From a virus, in the IMG/VR virus record IMGVR_UViG_3300029775_000395, positions 1-34,056 of that record: DNA of 34,056 nucleotides; one strand, 5' to 3'. Both the position numbers and the translations under genes were made by a program. The first letter of the stretch is position 1; each line of letters starts with the position of its first letter. This document shows positions 33,667-34,056 of this stretch, piece after piece. The notes below the pieces were generated by a model, which searched no databases, had not been told where the DNA came from, and was given only the letters and a program-made list of their open reading frames with translations.

Positions 33667-34056
33667 CTACACAATCACCCGGATCTCGTCGACCTCGACG
33701 CGGTCTGCAAATCCCTGATACGCGATCGTGAGCCGGGCAGTCTCGCCGGGTCCGAGGTCCCGGACCGTCTCCCGGCCGTCGCCGACCAGCGCCTCGCCGT
33801 CGTAGAACTTCGCGAGGATCTCCACGGATGACAGTGGCTCGTCGTGGATGTTTTTCAGCGTGATCTCGCCGACCGTGTTGTATCCGGAGCTGAGGGCGTC
33901 ACAGTACCGGATCTCGACCAGATCCGACCGCTCACCGTCTGCGTAGTCGGTCTGCTCTGCGGTGCATCCGGCTACGGCGATCGCTAGGACAAGCACCACG
34001 AGAACGACCGCGAGGAATTTAGCTTCGCGGTCGGAGATGTATTTGCATTCGGTCAT
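33667..34056 (-). CDS. Secreted lipoprotein with FxLYD-type Ig-like domain
   Basis: Hydrophobic signal FLAVVLVVLVLAIAVAG-C (lipobox); VGEITLKN...VEILAKFYD...LGPGET. Confidence 0.8.
   Translation of the reverse strand: MTECKYISDREAKFLAVVLVVLVLAIAVAGCTAEQTDYADGERSDLVEIRYCDALSSGYNTVGEITLKNIHDEPLSSVEILAKFYDGEALVGDGRETVRDLGPGETARLTIAYQGFADRVEVDEIRVIV

Larger units (their letters stand above)
1..34056 (+). mobile_element. Temperate tailed (HK97-fold, siphovirus-like) virus genome or provirus, probably archaeal (Methanomicrobiales-like host inferred). Ends and att sites are not visible.
   Basis: Integrase, immunity switch, replication/recombination genes, terminase, portal, protease, capsid, neck and tail genes in canonical order, with ATGA/TGATG overlaps. 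Confidence 0.95.

Noticed and set aside
33591-33717. TATATAT followed by a 32-codon plus-strand ORF partly antisense to the lipoprotein gene
   Set aside because: Very short, no RBS and no recognisable motif; it may be only a terminator or intergenic region.
1-34056. CRISPR array, tRNA gene or att direct repeats
   Set aside because: No regularly spaced repeats, cloverleaf or terminal duplication was found by eye. The att sites probably lie outside the window.
1-34056. CTAG appears rare (about ten sites noticed by eye)
   Set aside because: Not counted rigorously, and CTAG depletion is widespread in prokaryotes, so it is weak evidence for specific restriction avoidance.

Overview
The whole 34 kb window is one GC-rich temperate head-tail virus genome (Caudoviricetes, siphovirus-like layout), most likely an archaeal provirus. 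A Methanomicrobiales/Methanoculleus-like host is inferred from GGAGG/GGTGA ribosome-binding sites, an archaeal-type TATA switch, many Cys-rich mini-proteins, ribbon-helix-helix regulators and the integrase style. Gene order: tyrosine integrase; a divergent RHH/RHH switch; a tightly coupled early operon of about 30 mostly small ORFs (Bet recombinase, two HicB-like, two DUF4406/NDT-like, a C5-methyltransferase remnant, a D5/P4-type SF3 helicase followed by a candidate origin, a Holliday junction resolvase); TerS, TerL; a portal-intein-MuF-HTH fusion; protease, major capsid, neck, tail tube, chaperones, short tape measure; a DUF2341/LamG-hub fusion, a fibre-like gene and a reverse-strand lipoprotein. 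No att sites, tRNA, CRISPR, reverse transcriptase, DNA polymerase, tail sheath or endolysin were recognised. All family calls come from reading motifs by eye, not from database searches.
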